The notes: generated by a model from the letters alone, not told the origin. Positions 38,175-53,781 are shown, counted from the whole stretch's first letter. The stretch: 63,135 bases of DNA, filler included, from Octopus bimaculoides (GCF_001194135.2; 4 parts of 4 records of this genome joined end to end with filler, not necessarily neighbours in it), one strand, 5' to 3'. Numbers and translations: made by a program.

Positions 38175-39917
38175 AAATATATATATATATNNNNNNNNNN
38201 NNNNNNNNNNNNNNNNNNNNNNNNNNNNNNNNNNNNNNNNNNNNNNNNNNNNNNNNNNNNNNNNNNNNNNNNNNNNNNNNNNNNNNNNNNNNNNNNNNNN
38301 NNNNNNNNNNNNNNNNNNNNNNNNNNNNNNNNNNNNNNNNNNNNNNNNNNNNNNNNNNNNNNNNNNNNNNNNNNNNNNNNNNNNNNNNNNNNNNNNNNNN
38401 NNNNNNNNNNNNNNNNNNNNNNNNNNNNNNNNNNNNNNNNNNNTATATATGTATGTATGTATATATATATGTATGTATCTATCTATCTATTTATCTATAT
38501 ATCACTACGTATGCATACCTATTAATATTTTCATATGTATATAAATGCTACAATAAAATTTCTGTACCACAATAGGTGTTGATTATTTTTGTTCAATATT
38601 ACTATAGTAAAATGTTAAGTTGATTGGTATTATTCCGAGTGAGTTACAGTTTCAATCAACTCACACTTTTCACCATACTTTATTATTTTTGACTGTATAA
38701 ATAAAGGAAAATACAACCGATTATCAACTCAAAATATAACAACAGTTTAGTAACAGATATACTGCATTATATTTTGTACTTTGACAGCCATATAAATGTT
38801 TGTAGAGTGGGAAACTGCCACTCTCTTGAACAATAACATAATTACAAGGACATAGTACGCCGGCCTGACGTCGTATCAATATATGTTGTTGGGCATCTGT
38901 AAAAGAATTCATCAAAAGTACTTTTGAACCTGGTATCACACACACTAGCATACGATACACACGCACGCGCATGTGCTACACACACACATACATTACTGTT
39001 ATTTGTCTAACGCTGAAATAAAGTGCTGTCGCTTCAAGCATAGTAAGTGCTCATTCACAATCAATCCTGCTATAAAATTAACTGTTGGTGAAACAAAATG
39101 TATTCAGCATTATGAATAATAGCATGCTCCTACGTAGAAGTGAATATTTGCCCTACTACATAAGATTTTAATCTATGATGGAACGCTTGATTGCGCTATC
39201 ATTCATTAAAGATCGTATGGACTTATATTTGTGCCTGTGGAGTCTGAATTAGCAATTATTTAAACATAAAATGGTGGAGTTTTGTTACACCACAGTTACA
39301 AATAGATATGGATATTTAGTCTCTGTTATTGTGGCACAACCACGGCTTTCTGAAAATATTTTTTTGTTGTACAATACAGCCTTTTAATGCAAGACTTGCA
39401 TATCAAATGATAGTGTGTAAAAGAGTGATACAACGGTGCAATGTTCCTTTAGTTCAATTATATATTTTCAGATAAATAATGTTTGCCATCAAATTCAAAA
39501 GACATGCAGTTCTAGGCAGGTTTATAGTTGTCAACGTATCTATAAGTATACTTTACTGTATGTGTCTGATAACATAGTATTCCACTAACTTACTGTTAAA
39601 ACAAAATAAAGCTAACATTATTAAATAACAGAAACATATTATAATTTCTTGAATGAGAATACCGCATTTCCAGCAAAATATATAAAGTAATCGTGTAACA
39701 GGGGAAATACCAAGATTTAATAGAAATGTAATCTAAAACATAATTCTTTGATAGAAACCATAACAATGAAACAACTGACAAGATTTTTGTATTTGAAAGC
39801 GCGAAAATACCTCCACGAATGTAAGCATTCAAATTGGATTCAGGTAAACTCATAATCACTAAAATTTGATTATTACATTAGGAATTTCATCGGACATTCA
39901 ATAGACTTCAATGGCTA

Positions 39918-39961
<44 letters not shown>

Positions 39962-40392
39962 ACACACACACAAATATATATANNNNNNNNNNNNNNNNNN
40001 NNNNNNNNNNNNNNNNNNNNNNNNNNNNNNNNNNNNNNNNNNNNNNNNNNNNNNNNNNNNNNNNNNNNNNNNNNNNNNNNNNNNNNNNNNNNNNNNNNNN
40101 NNNNNNNNNNNNNNNNNNNNNNNNNNNNNNNNNNNNNNNNNNNNNNNNNNNNNNNNNNNNNNNNNNNNNNNNNNNNNNNNNNNNNNNNNNNNNNNNNNNN
40201 NNNNNNNNNNNNNNNNNNNNNNNNNNNNNNNNNNNNNNNNNNNNNNNNNNNNNNNNNNNNNNNNNNNNNNNNNNNNNNNNNNNNNNNNNNNNNNNNNNNN
40301 NNNNNNNNNNNNNNNNNNNNNNNNNNNNNNNNNNNNNNNNNNNNNNNNNNNNNNNNNNNNNNNNNNNNNNNNNNNNNNNNNNNNNNNNNNNN

Positions 40393-40427
<35 letters not shown>

Positions 40428-40639
40428 TTTGATATAAACAAAAAGACATGTGATTCAGTAATGCTGAACATACTAATAAGAGCATATAATAAAGCAAGCG
40501 AAACGCGAAGTAAATAATTTATGAGGAACAAAATTCCTTTCCAAGACATTTGCATCTAATCGTATATGAATAATAAATTGATGTGACATATTATATTCTA
40601 CTCCAGGCATAAAGCATGGTCCGAAATGTTTTGGAAGGG

Positions 40640-40790
40640 TGCTAGTCAATTAGATCGTTCCCAGTGCGTAACTGGTACATACTTTATCGACACCGAAAGG
40701 ATGAAAGGCAAAGTCAGAACGCTAAAACATATGAAATACAGCTAAACATTTTGCCCGGCGTGCTAACGCTTCTGCCAGATCACTCCCTTA
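40640..40790 (-). mobile_element. SINE-B (CpG-retaining); another at ~41760-41970 (+)
   Basis: atcgacaccgaaaggatgaaaggcaaagtc...cccggcgtgctaacg. Confidence 0.7.
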
Positions 40791-41314
40791 GAGATGTGAA
40801 ATATTATAATTGGCTGAAATACGAAAGATTATAGTAAAGAAAATTAGGTTGGTGACATAAAGTTTACAATTTTCAAAATATATTATTGTTTGACGTAAAT
40901 ATGAACGGGTATATTAAAGGTACGCCGTTTTGAACAGCGCACATTCAGGGCAAAGTTTCAGTACACTAAATCGTGTAATACAAGAGCAACTTCAAATATA
41001 AGACCCGGAGTAACATTTCGATAAAGAAAAAGGACAAATGATATGCCATCAAATACAGTATGTTCAAATAAAAATGTGAACTTGATATTCATATAATTTG
41101 TAATGTTACATGATCTACTTGAGTAAAAGAAAAATGGACGCATAACTGTAATCAATTTATTGATACATATCACATTTTGGGCTTATGAAATAAGAAGCAC
41201 GTTGATTTGTCAGTAAAGGAGCGCATCGAATAAAATAATTCAAAGCAATTCATCCTACTAGTCCATCCAAACGCAATGGTTCAGGAAGCTGAACCAGTTA
41301 TTTTGTATTTTCAG

Positions 41315-41421
41315 TGTAAAAATTACGACATGGCCTACCTCTGTGACAGAATTCAACGTTCGTTATTTATCAGAGCAATCTCTCAGCTCGAGTTACTTTA
41401 TCAGAGACCACTTGCATTCAG
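41315..41421 (+). CDS. Candidate 107-nt exon, product unknown
   Basis: Acceptor ttattttgtattttcag, weak donor CAG|gttatt. Two frames are open (CKNYDMAYLCDRIQRS.. / VKITTWPTSVTEFNVRY..). Confidence 0.2.
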
Positions 41422-41441
41422 GTTATTGTCCATGTGGAGTT

Positions 41442-41532
<91 letters not shown>

Positions 41533-43713
41533 CTCTCTCACTGTCTCTCTCTCTGTGTCTCTCTCTTTCTCTCTTTCTCCCACCACTTTCGGAGATCTCG
41601 TAAATGGGTGGTGGTTACAGACTTCCCTTTTGAATTAAAACTGAAATAAGAATAAGTATTTAAATGCAGGCAATATTTTATGATGAAAAGGTCAAAATTT
41701 TGTTAACACACAGTATTACACTAGTCACTATCAATTTTGGTAATGATTTATGAATTAACATTAAGGTGGCGAGCTAGAAGTATCATGAATACACCGAACG
41801 AAACACTTAGCTGGATTTCTTCCAGCTTTACGTTCTGAGTCCAAATTTTGTTTTAGGCCGACTCGACTTTCATCCATTCTAGAGTCCATAAAATAACTGC
41901 CAATTGAGCAAAAGCATCAATGTAATCAATTAGACCTCTCCCGCAAATTTCAGAACTTGTGCCTAGAGGACTAATGAGTTTATTTAAGACAAAATTCTCT
42001 AAACCGATGTGCATTGTTTATTCGGTGTATTAATATTCTAGTTGTCACAAAATTGAAAGTTGTCTCTTCGCAGAGGGGAATAAAATACATTAGAGTGACA
42101 CTTGTTGCGGTGGAATTTCAGAATACTATAATGTTGCTAATGCAGTCATTTGAATGATAATAAAGACTATTTGTCGTTAGAAAATTTGTATTTTAGAACA
42201 TCTGTAGCTTTTATCACTAAATTCAACATTTGAATTTAGTGATAAAAGCTACAGATGTTACGTTCGTGATTACATCTGTTAATGCTGGTATTTAGTGGGG
42301 TCAGTTTGGAAATTTTGATGTGTTGCTGAAATGGATAAATTGTGAGATGTAAATTATATTTCTGAGAAAAATATTTGTATCATAAATCTTTAGGTCAGAA
42401 AATTTCAGAAATAATTTATGAACATTGAAAAGATTTGTTCTAGTGAGGTTTCTTACTTCAAATACTAAATGAAATGAAACAATAAACCAAGTCTAAGTTT
42501 CGTCTAAGATTATCTGATCACGTTCTATTTTCGATGCATCAAATTTTCTCGTTGAATCCACTTAATGGAAGGATTATATTGCTAGGCATGTATGAGTCGT
42601 AAATATATTACATACTAAATAAAACCTAGTAAAATCTGAAGAAAGTAATGTTGTCTAAGTAGCTGATATTAATGATGTAATGGTTATACATTTATTGATA
42701 TAATTTAAAGTTCCATTGTGATTACATTGTGTAAATTACAACGCAGTCGTTAAAATAAATGTAGCATCAACAATATTGAATGCATGCTTGTAGCTTGTAA
42801 GATAAATGAAAGTCCATCATTTTTAAAGAAGTGTTATACATTTTTTCAGCTCATGAATTTGTTAAGCATTATAAATTGCAAATGATGAAAACTTAATTTT
42901 CGGTATGCAGTAAGGGTTAGTGTATATTTTAAGCTAAATAGCAAAATATTCCTGCAATTGAATATTAATGCAGTACCTTATGCATGTGCAGTTTCTTACA
43001 TGTATTACTGTGTTTATGAAAGTGTGATGTCATAATCTACATTAATTTTACAATTATGTAAATTGATAATCAAAGCTATAAAAAAATTATAATTACTGCC
43101 AACAATAATTATAGAATAGAAAAGAATAGCTGAAGGGAATATGGTTTTATAAAGATCCATGCCTTATAATTCAACGTTGAAAGCATTAACTTGTGAAGCC
43201 AAATTGTAGACGCGTAGTAGTCCTTAGTAGCTCATAATTTACCAATAACAGAAGGTGAAACTTTCAGTAACAGCAAGGATTATATTTCGTAATAATACGC
43301 AAGATAAAAGGTCGAGATTTGTTTTAACGATATCTAATATACATTTACATATATTCCTTCTATTTTTCATTATACTGCATATTGTCAACAAGTCTTTATT
43401 TCTTTTAGATATAAAACATAGATAATTAATTATGATAGGCTTTATTGTTGTGTCGATATGTAGATTAAGAATAATGTATTAGCTTTGGTTATTGATGATC
43501 ATAAAAAGGTCACTCCATTGTAGTTAGAATTTCTGTGATTATCATAATGTGGATATAAACATGCCAATGCTTATGTTTATTGAGATATGAAACATTCAGT
43601 TTTAAAGATAACTATATAACTGACTGTATATTGATTGCATATGTCTTTATTAAAATTAGATAATATTACTTTAAATATGTAAAATATATTCCTATACTTA
43701 ACTGCATTTTTCG

Positions 43714-43747
<34 letters not shown>

Positions 43748-43816
43748 ACACACACACAGAGGCACGCATGCACACACAAACACACGCACGCACACACATT
43801 TGTGTGTATGTATCTC

Positions 43817-43847
<31 letters not shown>

Positions 43848-43910
43848 CTGCATATATNNNNNNNNNNNNNNNNNNNNNNNNNNNNNNNNNNNNNNNNNNN
43901 NNNNNNNNNN

Positions 43911-43943
<33 letters not shown>

Positions 43944-44729
43944 CACAGAAAGAGAAATACGTTCGAGTAGACAGACAGACAGACCTACAGATAGCGGTGA
44001 AAGAAGAGACATACTGAGCGAGAGACACAGAGATTGAGTGAAATATAGAATTAGTGACTGAATGAATGAGTACATCGATGAATGAGTCAGTGAATGAGAG
44101 CGGAGATTCATGTGATAATGAAACACTGAATACTGCCCCAATGTTTTTAGAGAAGCATGTTTTAGTTTTTGTGAAAAGTAATCCATAGTGAAACTGAAAA
44201 GAAATAAACATGAAGAATAATTTCCAAGAATTTATAAAGTTGTTGAAGCTAAAAAATAAAGAAGTGCACTTTGTTTTTTTGTTGTTTCTTTTGTTGTTAA
44301 CTCTGTATTTATGAAAGCGTGTATGGCGAAAACATATAAATACACAAGATAGCTTGGTTTTGTTTTCGTTGTATGAAGCTAGTGATTACGTTTGTGTCTT
44401 CGTGTATAGATGTTGTTGAAGTTTGTTTTTGTTTTCTTTTCAGTGTCTCTTACTAAGATATTTCTTTGATAAACAATGTATGATATATAAAGAAAAAAAT
44501 ACATGATATTACCTTCAGAAACTGAGAAATAGAAATTGGAAATATACAGCAGCAGGTTCATACGCTGCAGGGCATTAGCAACATAATCATAGATATCGTC
44601 TTAGATACAGAGAAAATGCATTCGTCCGCAATATATAAATACTTAGATGCTGAAATATACACATACCATTACACATAATACATGGGATGGATTATACATA
44701 CGTACATACATATAAATACACAGACACAA

Positions 44730-44764
<35 letters not shown>

Positions 44765-45193
44765 CATATATATAGAATATGTAATATATATGTATATGTG
44801 TTTGTGCGTGTGTATGTATATATAGATTTATATATATACATACACGCACATATACGTATGGAATATATTTGCATGAATTTCCGTGTACGCACACACACAC
44901 ACATGTATATATATATATATATTGATAATAACCTATAAACACACAAAATGTTACAGACATGTGCACGCATTTGCACTCGCACATACGTAACATAAAAACT
45001 TAAACCTGTATAGTGCATATTTCATACTAATACGCACAGTAATCGAAAACCGTTGTACAGCTATTGAGAACAGAGAAATATCAAAAGAGTACAAATAATA
45101 TGTCATCCAGAGGAATTGAAGTACTTTCTGATATACAGTGGCTGTTATATACTTTTATTTACGTTTATATACCACACCTTTTTAAAAATATAC

Positions 45194-45272
45194 CGATGTA
45201 TTTTCAGTGGAATTTTCATATCATACATATTGTCCGACCATTCAAGTTTGTTAACATAGGCCATACGGTAAG
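45194..45272 (-). CDS. Candidate exon YRMAYVNKLEWSDNMYDMKIPLKIH
   Basis: Acceptor atttgcttcttcacag, donor CG|gtatat. Phase-compatible with 47711-47772. Confidence 0.25.
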
Positions 45273-47710
45273 CTGTGAAGAAGCAAATCATTGAATTTAT
45301 TTCATGCTTATTAATACAAGCATGAACAAGCAAACCATCTGAACATTCTTTTGTTAATAAGTTCCATAAAAATGTAAATATTTCCTACCGTTCCCCATCA
45401 TTTGGTTAAAGAAAGAAATGGAATAAGGAATTACCAGTTTTGAAATTACTCCTATTCCATATAACCTACTATTGATCAACCGATGGTACATAACATTCTT
45501 CCCGCACCCATAGTATAATTTACAGACATTTTACAGCACATTATCTTCTGCTTCTCCTTTGCGTTCAGCACAATGGGATGCGTTCTTCTTCATTGGAAAT
45601 TTTTTTTTTTAAATAACTAACTGGAAAATATTAAGGGACACATTTTAGTTATTCTTGGTCTTAATCTCTCGTTGAATCAGATAACATTAAGTATTACCGT
45701 GCTAATAATATAGTTATTGTGTAGATAATACCTACTATTCAACCGAGCTGATACTAGTTTAATGTGTGTGACATCAGTTAACATGGACATTTTTCTATCA
45801 TTTGAACTGTATCGTGAACTAATCTACTAAAATATGACATACTTGAATGAGAAAAAAATACAAATATTTTATTCTTATATGTTCGGGTTATGTCACTGTG
45901 ATGTAGTTGATGACTGCAAGAAAAGTACTTTCGACCTTTAAGCACAAAGCAACCATTAAGAATAGATTTAGAGTGGCAAAATATATATTCTATTGAAAGT
46001 AGCAGTGTATCCCTGAAGATGTTTTACTGGCAAAGCGAACGCAATTTTCAAATCACCATTCTACGAATAGAGATTAAATAAATATTCCTAGAAACGGCTA
46101 AACGTCTATCTTCACATATATACTTAACGTCAAGTCAATTACTTTGTTGCTTTGTTTTAAAATAATATAGATCGAAAATGTCAGCATGAATGATACTAGC
46201 AGTTATTATCATATAAATGATAGGATATTGCGGATTTAGAGAAATGGGTGGGCATTTTTTTTTATTTTCTTATTTTTGGTAGATCGTGTATATCATGTCC
46301 ATATCCCTGTACTATTTATTATTTTTTTCAGTAACATACACTAATTTACTGGGCAGTAGTTTTCATATGTCAAATTCATAAATGAAATTCCCTTCATTAT
46401 AACATTACCGGGAATTTTTATGACTGTAGTTATTATTGTCATGGTATGATTATACGCTTAGTTATATTTTATACGGTGGAGGGGTAGTATATATGAGATA
46501 ATACATCGTAATTGGGCCTTACATTTCGACTACAGTATTAAAAATAATCCCATTGTGATACACTATATCTAAATGGCTAAATTCTGCAGTAATTCAATGA
46601 CTTTTTAAATTGGCCATAGTTTTCAGTGACTTCGACATTCTCCTCTAAATGCATTCTCCGAAAGTTATATATAATTTAGATAATATTCCATGAATCGATT
46701 TTTTTTCATTTAGCATTATCATATTAAAGAAGAAATAAAATTTTGATATTATATCAAATTTTATTATAGCTGGAATTTTTTACATTGTTTTCAATTCTAT
46801 TTCCTTTTCGTTTTTCATTTTATCATTCATTTCTAATGTAAATTTAATGATAGTTAAATACTCAACATATTTCAATTATCTTCTAATTATTTCAAGGATG
46901 AGAAGAACTTTCGGTGACTCAAATTCTTCACTCCCTAAGGAAATCCGTTCTAGTTATTAAGATTATTGTTTCCTAATTCAGCAAAAAATGCTATGGCAAC
47001 AAACATTAAGAAAATATAAATCTCCAATGATAATTGAAACTCAGATCAGTCCAACAGAAGGATCGATTTTTAAAAGATACTATGAGATTCCATTTGCTTT
47101 GAACAGGCGCGCGCACCCCTACACACAGATACCTTCCCTGCATATATACACACGCAAACACATATACATCATTTGTTTTATACCCTTCAATCTTATTTAG
47201 CATGCATTTAAGGGTTTGTAAATACATATTTTACTTTTTGAAACGATACCTAACATAATGTATGATTTACGCTTAATAATTAACCGCAACCTCCAAAATT
47301 AATTAAGCATTTAGTAATAGCTTTGATTCATATTTGAGGAAAAACAATTAAGCCTGATTAGTGATGTTTTCTTTTCTTTATCAATTACCATGATTGTAAT
47401 ATTTCTTCGTCAAATACAGCACTTAAATTATAATCAGATTACCACAAGCTAATTTACTTTAGAGAAATGCATTCATTCCTATCATTGGTGAACCAGCTGA
47501 AATGTATTGATTACTAGCAAGTTTCTCGTTGCAACTAAAATCTGGATAAAATCTAAACATAGCTATAATAATTCGTACAATGGGTTTGAAAATAAAAAAA
47601 AGCACAAAACCGTTGTGTAATTATATAATTGAATAACATTCACTTTACTAATTCTAAATCAAATACTTCGCAAAGATATGAACTCTACTAGAAATAACAA
47701 GCAAACTTAC

Positions 47711-47772
47711 TCTCGGCACATACGGTAACGTATAAAATCACACAGGCGTATGTCATAATATGACGCAAATAT
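47711..47772 (-). CDS. Candidate 62-nt exon YLRHIMTYACVILYVTVCAE
   Basis: Acceptor ctatctatattcctccaag, donor gtaagt. Confidence 0.3.
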
Positions 47773-48001
47773 CTTGGAGGAATATAGATAGGTAATTATT
47801 TTCATAATAGGCCAACTCAGACAAAAACGGTTCAAACTTTGCCTGATTAATTTCAATATCAAAGTTTGAGATTCTAATCTGGGCTATGGCATCAAATATA
47901 TTTTGCCAAAAATAACTTTCATCTAACTCATGAACTTGGTAAAGCTATTTTCATCAGAGAAGCATATGCTTTACTTCAAAATATACTTTAAAATTGTTAT
48001 A

Positions 48002-48708
48002 TCTCAAGCTACTGCTATCTAGCACATTCGGATGATCTCTACTCAACCTCTACACAGCTGCTACTCGACTGCTACTCAGCACACCAACCACGGCCAGACT
48101 ACCTATATTTATTTGTCTTGAGAGATCATATTTCTTCACCTGAGGGCGTCGACACAACAAAAATATATCGCACTAATTTTAGCATTATGTTTTCTGGTTG
48201 TTACCGTTTCTAAACATGACTAATTACTTAATACTTGCGGAGAAATGCATTCTCAACCCTCGAAATATTTAGAAACTCTCACGCCGAAAGCTACCCTGTT
48301 AAATTTTATGTTGTATTTTTTTTTTTTATATAAAGCGAAGTTACTTTCTTAAAATGTCTTCTTTGTTTTACAAGGATACTGCTGGCGTAGTAACTGAACG
48401 ATGTTGTGTTTGGCCGCTCGCAGTCCGCAATATTTCGTGAGGTTAGTATTTGTGTAACAGTTAGAGTTAAATTTTAGCTCTCATTTCTAGAAATTAATTT
48501 TACTTTTGGTTTTAATTATTCCTATAGCAATTTATATTATAATATATTTGATATATCTGTTGCGAGGTCCCCAGGCGAAGACGTAGGATCTCCCAAGACA
48601 TATAGAGGTAGTCTGGCCGTGGTAGGTGTAATGAGTAGCAACCGAGTAACAGTTGTGTAGCGGTTGAGTAGAGATCATCCAAAGGTGCTAGATAGCAGTA
48701 GCTTGAGA
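48002..48708. mobile_element. Foldback/MITE-like element with ~165-bp imperfect terminal inverted repeats
   Basis: tctcaagctactgctatctagcac..cacggccagactacct..tgtcttgagagatc (48002-~48170) matches the rc of ~48548-48708. Confidence 0.85.
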
Positions 48709-48768
48709 ATAAAATATCTTAATATCTTAATATCTTAATATATCATTATATCATATTATTGTATGATT

Positions 48769-48800
<32 letters not shown>

Positions 48801-48958
48801 NNNNNNNNNNNNNNNNNNNNNNNNNNNNNNNNNNNNNNNNNNNNNNNNNNNNNNNNNNNNNNNNNNNNNNNNNNNNNNNNNNNNNNNNNNNNNNNNNNNN
48901 NNNNNNNNNNNNNNNNNNNNNNNNNNNNNNNNNNNNNNNNNNNNNNNNNNNNNNNNNN

Positions 48959-49011
<53 letters not shown>

Positions 49012-49511
49012 TTGTGTCTGTGCATATATCTATCTATGCATGTATGTTCTCTCTATGTATATATATATATACAGATTCGTATACATTCATATACATATGT
49101 CTATATAGACGTGTATATATGTGCCAGTATTATATGGTGTACATGAAAGTGTATATAAATATGAATGAATACCCGTATATCTACATGCATACCTTTACGT
49201 ATCTTACATATGCATTTCAGTGCATTAGGAATGCTATCAAATCAGATTGGGCTGCTGTGAATCACACTGAGATCTAGCATTTCTGTCACGAATTGCCGCA
49301 GTTTGTTTCTGCCCATGAACCGTTAATGGTATGAAATATAGTGCATGAAAATGAAAGAGAGAATCGTCAGATGACGTGAAAAAAGGAAAAGAAAAAACAC
49401 AGAATCGGTGAAATAAATTTAATATGAAATTTCAAGAAAAGTTGCAATTTTTTTTTCATAAAATTTGTATAAGATTAAGGTATGCCGCTTCTTCGTATGT
49501 ATGTATGTATG

Positions 49512-49545
<34 letters not shown>

Positions 49546-50132
49546 TGTATGTATGTATGTATGTATGCACGTATGTGCCTATCTATCCATGTGTCTATCT
49601 ATCTATCTGACTATCTATATATCTATCGTTGTCTCTCTCTGTGTATATTATATNNNNNNNNNNNNNNNNNNNNNNNNNNNNNNNNNNNNNNNNNNNNNNN
49701 NNNNNNNNNNNNNNNNNNNNNNNNNNNNNNNNNNNNNNNNNNNNNNNNNNNNNNNNNNNNNNNNNNNNNNNNNNNNNNNNNNNNNNNNNNNNNNNNNNNN
49801 NNNNNNNNNNNNNNNNNNNNNNNNNNNNNNNNNNNNNNNNNNNNNNNNNNNNNNNNNNNNNNNNNNNNNNNNNNNNNNNNNNNNNNNNNNNNNNNNNNNN
49901 NNNNNNNNNNNNNNNNNNNNNNNNNNNNNNNNNNNNNNNNNNNNNNNNNNNNNNNNNNNNNNNNNNNNNNNNNNNNNNNNNNNNNNNNNNNNNNNNNNNN
50001 NNNNNNNNNNNNNNNNNNNNNNNNNNNNNNNNNNNNNNNNNNNNNNNNNNNNNNNNNNNNNNNNNNNNNNNNNNNNNNNNNNNNNNNNNNNNNNNNNNNN
50101 NNNNNNNNNNNNNNTATATATATATGTATATG

Positions 50133-50201
<69 letters not shown>

Positions 50202-50789
50202 CACGCAGGTTTAGTGAATGTAACGCACATCCAATAAATATGTCGACGAATGAAATCTGACAAAAGCTATTGATAAATAACTGAAATGATAATTCATCGT
50301 CTCACGATACCCATCTTAAAATAGTTGACAGACATCTGTAGTAAAAGTCAAATAGTAAGACCTAAGAGATGACGACGAAGTGGCTGTTGGCTGATACAGA
50401 CAAAGGAAATTGTTGATGATATTGTAGACCGCAAAAGTGTGTTCCTGGTGATGGTTTCACTGTGATGATACATACACGCGTACATACAACCATCCATACG
50501 TACATACTCACATACTCACATGCATGCATGCATATATCCATCCATCCACCCGCCTTACTACCATACTCACATACATACGTACATACACACATTCAAACAT
50601 ACAGACATACATTCATTCATACATACATACATACATACATACACACATACATACATGCATGCATACATACATACATACATACATACATACATACATACAT
50701 ACATACAGGTATTTTGCCCACGAATATTTTATCAGACATTCAAGGAAAAGAAGGATATGGTAATTGGAACTCGTTTCTTACAGTAACAC

Positions 50790-51720
50790 AAAATCCCACT
50801 CTGAGTTAGCAGAACCGATGTTGATTCTAACATTTGATATAAAAAACTGATCTGCTGTGGATATAAACTCTGTAGAACTTAAGCCCCGTAACATATTGAT
50901 ATCAACCGGAAATCTCTACAAAAATAATGATATCGAAAGTCTCTACTTATGAAAGATGAAGCACTTGAAGGCAAGAGATCAATGCAGACAGCCTTCAAAT
51001 TTCGTAATGACTATCTTTCTCACACAGCGCTTCGTAAATATATACTATATAATACTGCTGAAAAGTGAAGAGAGCATAACCCTACGTGTCGCCTGTGAGC
51101 TCCCCAGGGAGCACACTGCACCTGATGACGTGTCATACAACTCTAAAACGGACGAACTTACATACACGAAAGGAGATCTGGATATCACACTCTCATCATT
51201 CCACAAAGACTATACAATTAGAGTGTTTCCCGAAATAATGTTGACATAAAACATAGTCATTCTTCAGCTATATCACACCATACTCCGAAGCCTATGCATT
51301 TGCAATCCAAGAACAGAAAATTATTACGAAACTCCTACTGAAAAGAAGGGAAGCCACTAGCGTTTCAAGACGCGACCGAAAATGTTGATTATGTCCTATT
51401 TCTGTGATTTTCAGTTGCCTCAAATTTTTCCCAACTCGGCTTGATGTTAAAAAAATAATATAAAATATCATTCTTAAAAGAAAAGGCTTTCCTGGAAGAA
51501 ATATAGTGAAACGCCCTATTATTGTATACATACATAAACAAAATCACAAAGACTATATTGGAGGGAACAATCATATCAAAACCCCTGTCAAGTGTAAACA
51601 TAACAATGTAGATATTGGTGTTTAACACAAACAAGAAAATATATGTAACCTGACAGAGGTCAGATGGCTATTGATGTGAATATCTCTCCAGTAATGTGAG
51701 CAGATTCCGTATGAAGCATG
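50790..51720 (+). mobile_element. Highly decayed R4-like RLE LINE fragment (post-RT region to endonuclease)
   Basis: AEPMLILTFDI..KPRNILISTGNLYKNNDIESLYL..KRSMQTAF; RDRKC*LC; HIKTPVKCKHNNVDIGV..ENICNLTEV. Confidence 0.6.
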
Positions 51721-51844
51721 GACCTGGAATGAACACGCATTATGTGATTTATAAGATAACATTTATAACATGGAAATGTGAGCAACTAACTGCTACTATT
51801 GATGCACAGATTTGTAGCTAAAGTCTGTTTATTTCATCATCATG

Positions 51845-51880
<36 letters not shown>

Positions 51881-53134
51881 AATATATGAGTATATGCATA
51901 TATATGTACATGCATGTACATACTTTCATATACATGTACATATAGATACATAACTGGATACATGACGTGGCAAAAGAACATGGACAAAATGATAAACAAG
52001 GTACAACAAACAAGCGGGCCACATAGAAACATTTCCTTCATCAGCTGCCACCATTAAAACACCGGCGTTTCGAAGAATTAAGGCAATACGCATCGTTAAA
52101 TTGGATCTTCCCACGAACACAAATTATTTTTTTTTTCGTGGAGGGTAGTGGCGGACGGAAAACAAATATATATGTATATATGGTGTTTTAGAATACAGAC
52201 TACCACGATAGTTACCATGGGGCAACTTCCCATATGGCATTGTGGGGCATATAAACACACTTGTTTACATTGCTACTGATGAGAACGGTAGTGCTTATAT
52301 GCACCATAATCTCATATGAGTGTTTATCTCATGGTGAGTATCACAGTATTCTGTGATCTAACAAAATATCCAATTTTAAGTGAGGAAGAATAATTATTAC
52401 CTTTTGGTATTAACACTGCTTCTGGTGCAAATCATTTTTTTCATTAAGCCCATTAACTACTACGACACCAGTGCCTCGTTAGGCCTCAGATTCTGTGTAT
52501 ATCGCTAGCAGGGATATCGCTACTTTTTCCAACTGCTACCGGATCTGGTATTGTGTCAGTCGAAAACTTTAGAATTCATATAACGGCAACAACACACACA
52601 CGTGAGGTTGAATCTTGATTATTGGGACTGCTTACAGACATTTCAATTTTATCCTCTCAAGCGCCATGAGCGCTACATCATTTGCACACTGCGCAGAATA
52701 TAATGGTAGTATTACCCATATCACCTTCATCGAAGGCTGGGGTCACGTGCAATCCGCTAACTACACAAATAAGGCTCACAGCACTTAAAGTCACTGCAAC
52801 ATAATTTATTTTCTCAACAGATATTGCTCTGTTTAACATTATCCCGAAAGAATTTCAAGAGAAACATCCCATCACATTCAATTAAGCCCTGGAAACATTT
52901 AATCAGGTAATACCAAACACGTCACCTATGCATGGATAAATCCCAGTCAATATCAACAGCCTACTCGGTTGGGCCTTCCTACCGCAATATAGGACACAAG
53001 TATCATTTTTAATGGTGATATACACAAAAAAACTTTGCATTGGGCACGTGTATATGCATTTCTTTGTATGTATGCATGTATATTTATAATTATAATTATT
53101 TATAATTTATAATTATAATTATTATTATTGTTGT

Positions 53135-53775
<641 letters not shown>

Positions 53776-53781
53776 GAGAGA

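Noticed and set aside
38842-38929. Minus-strand RFKSTFDEFFYRCP... resembling a GPCR helix 8 / C-terminus
   Set aside because: Poor acceptor and no upstream TM7 (NPxxY) exon found.
51119-51185. ctgatga-cgtgt...acac-gaaa hammerhead-like motif
   Set aside because: No valid stem III or NUH triplet, and it lies inside a decayed R4-like coding region.
52020-52110. Minus-strand gaaac...ctgatga permuted hammerhead
   Set aside because: The triplet is GUG and stems I and II do not pair convincingly.
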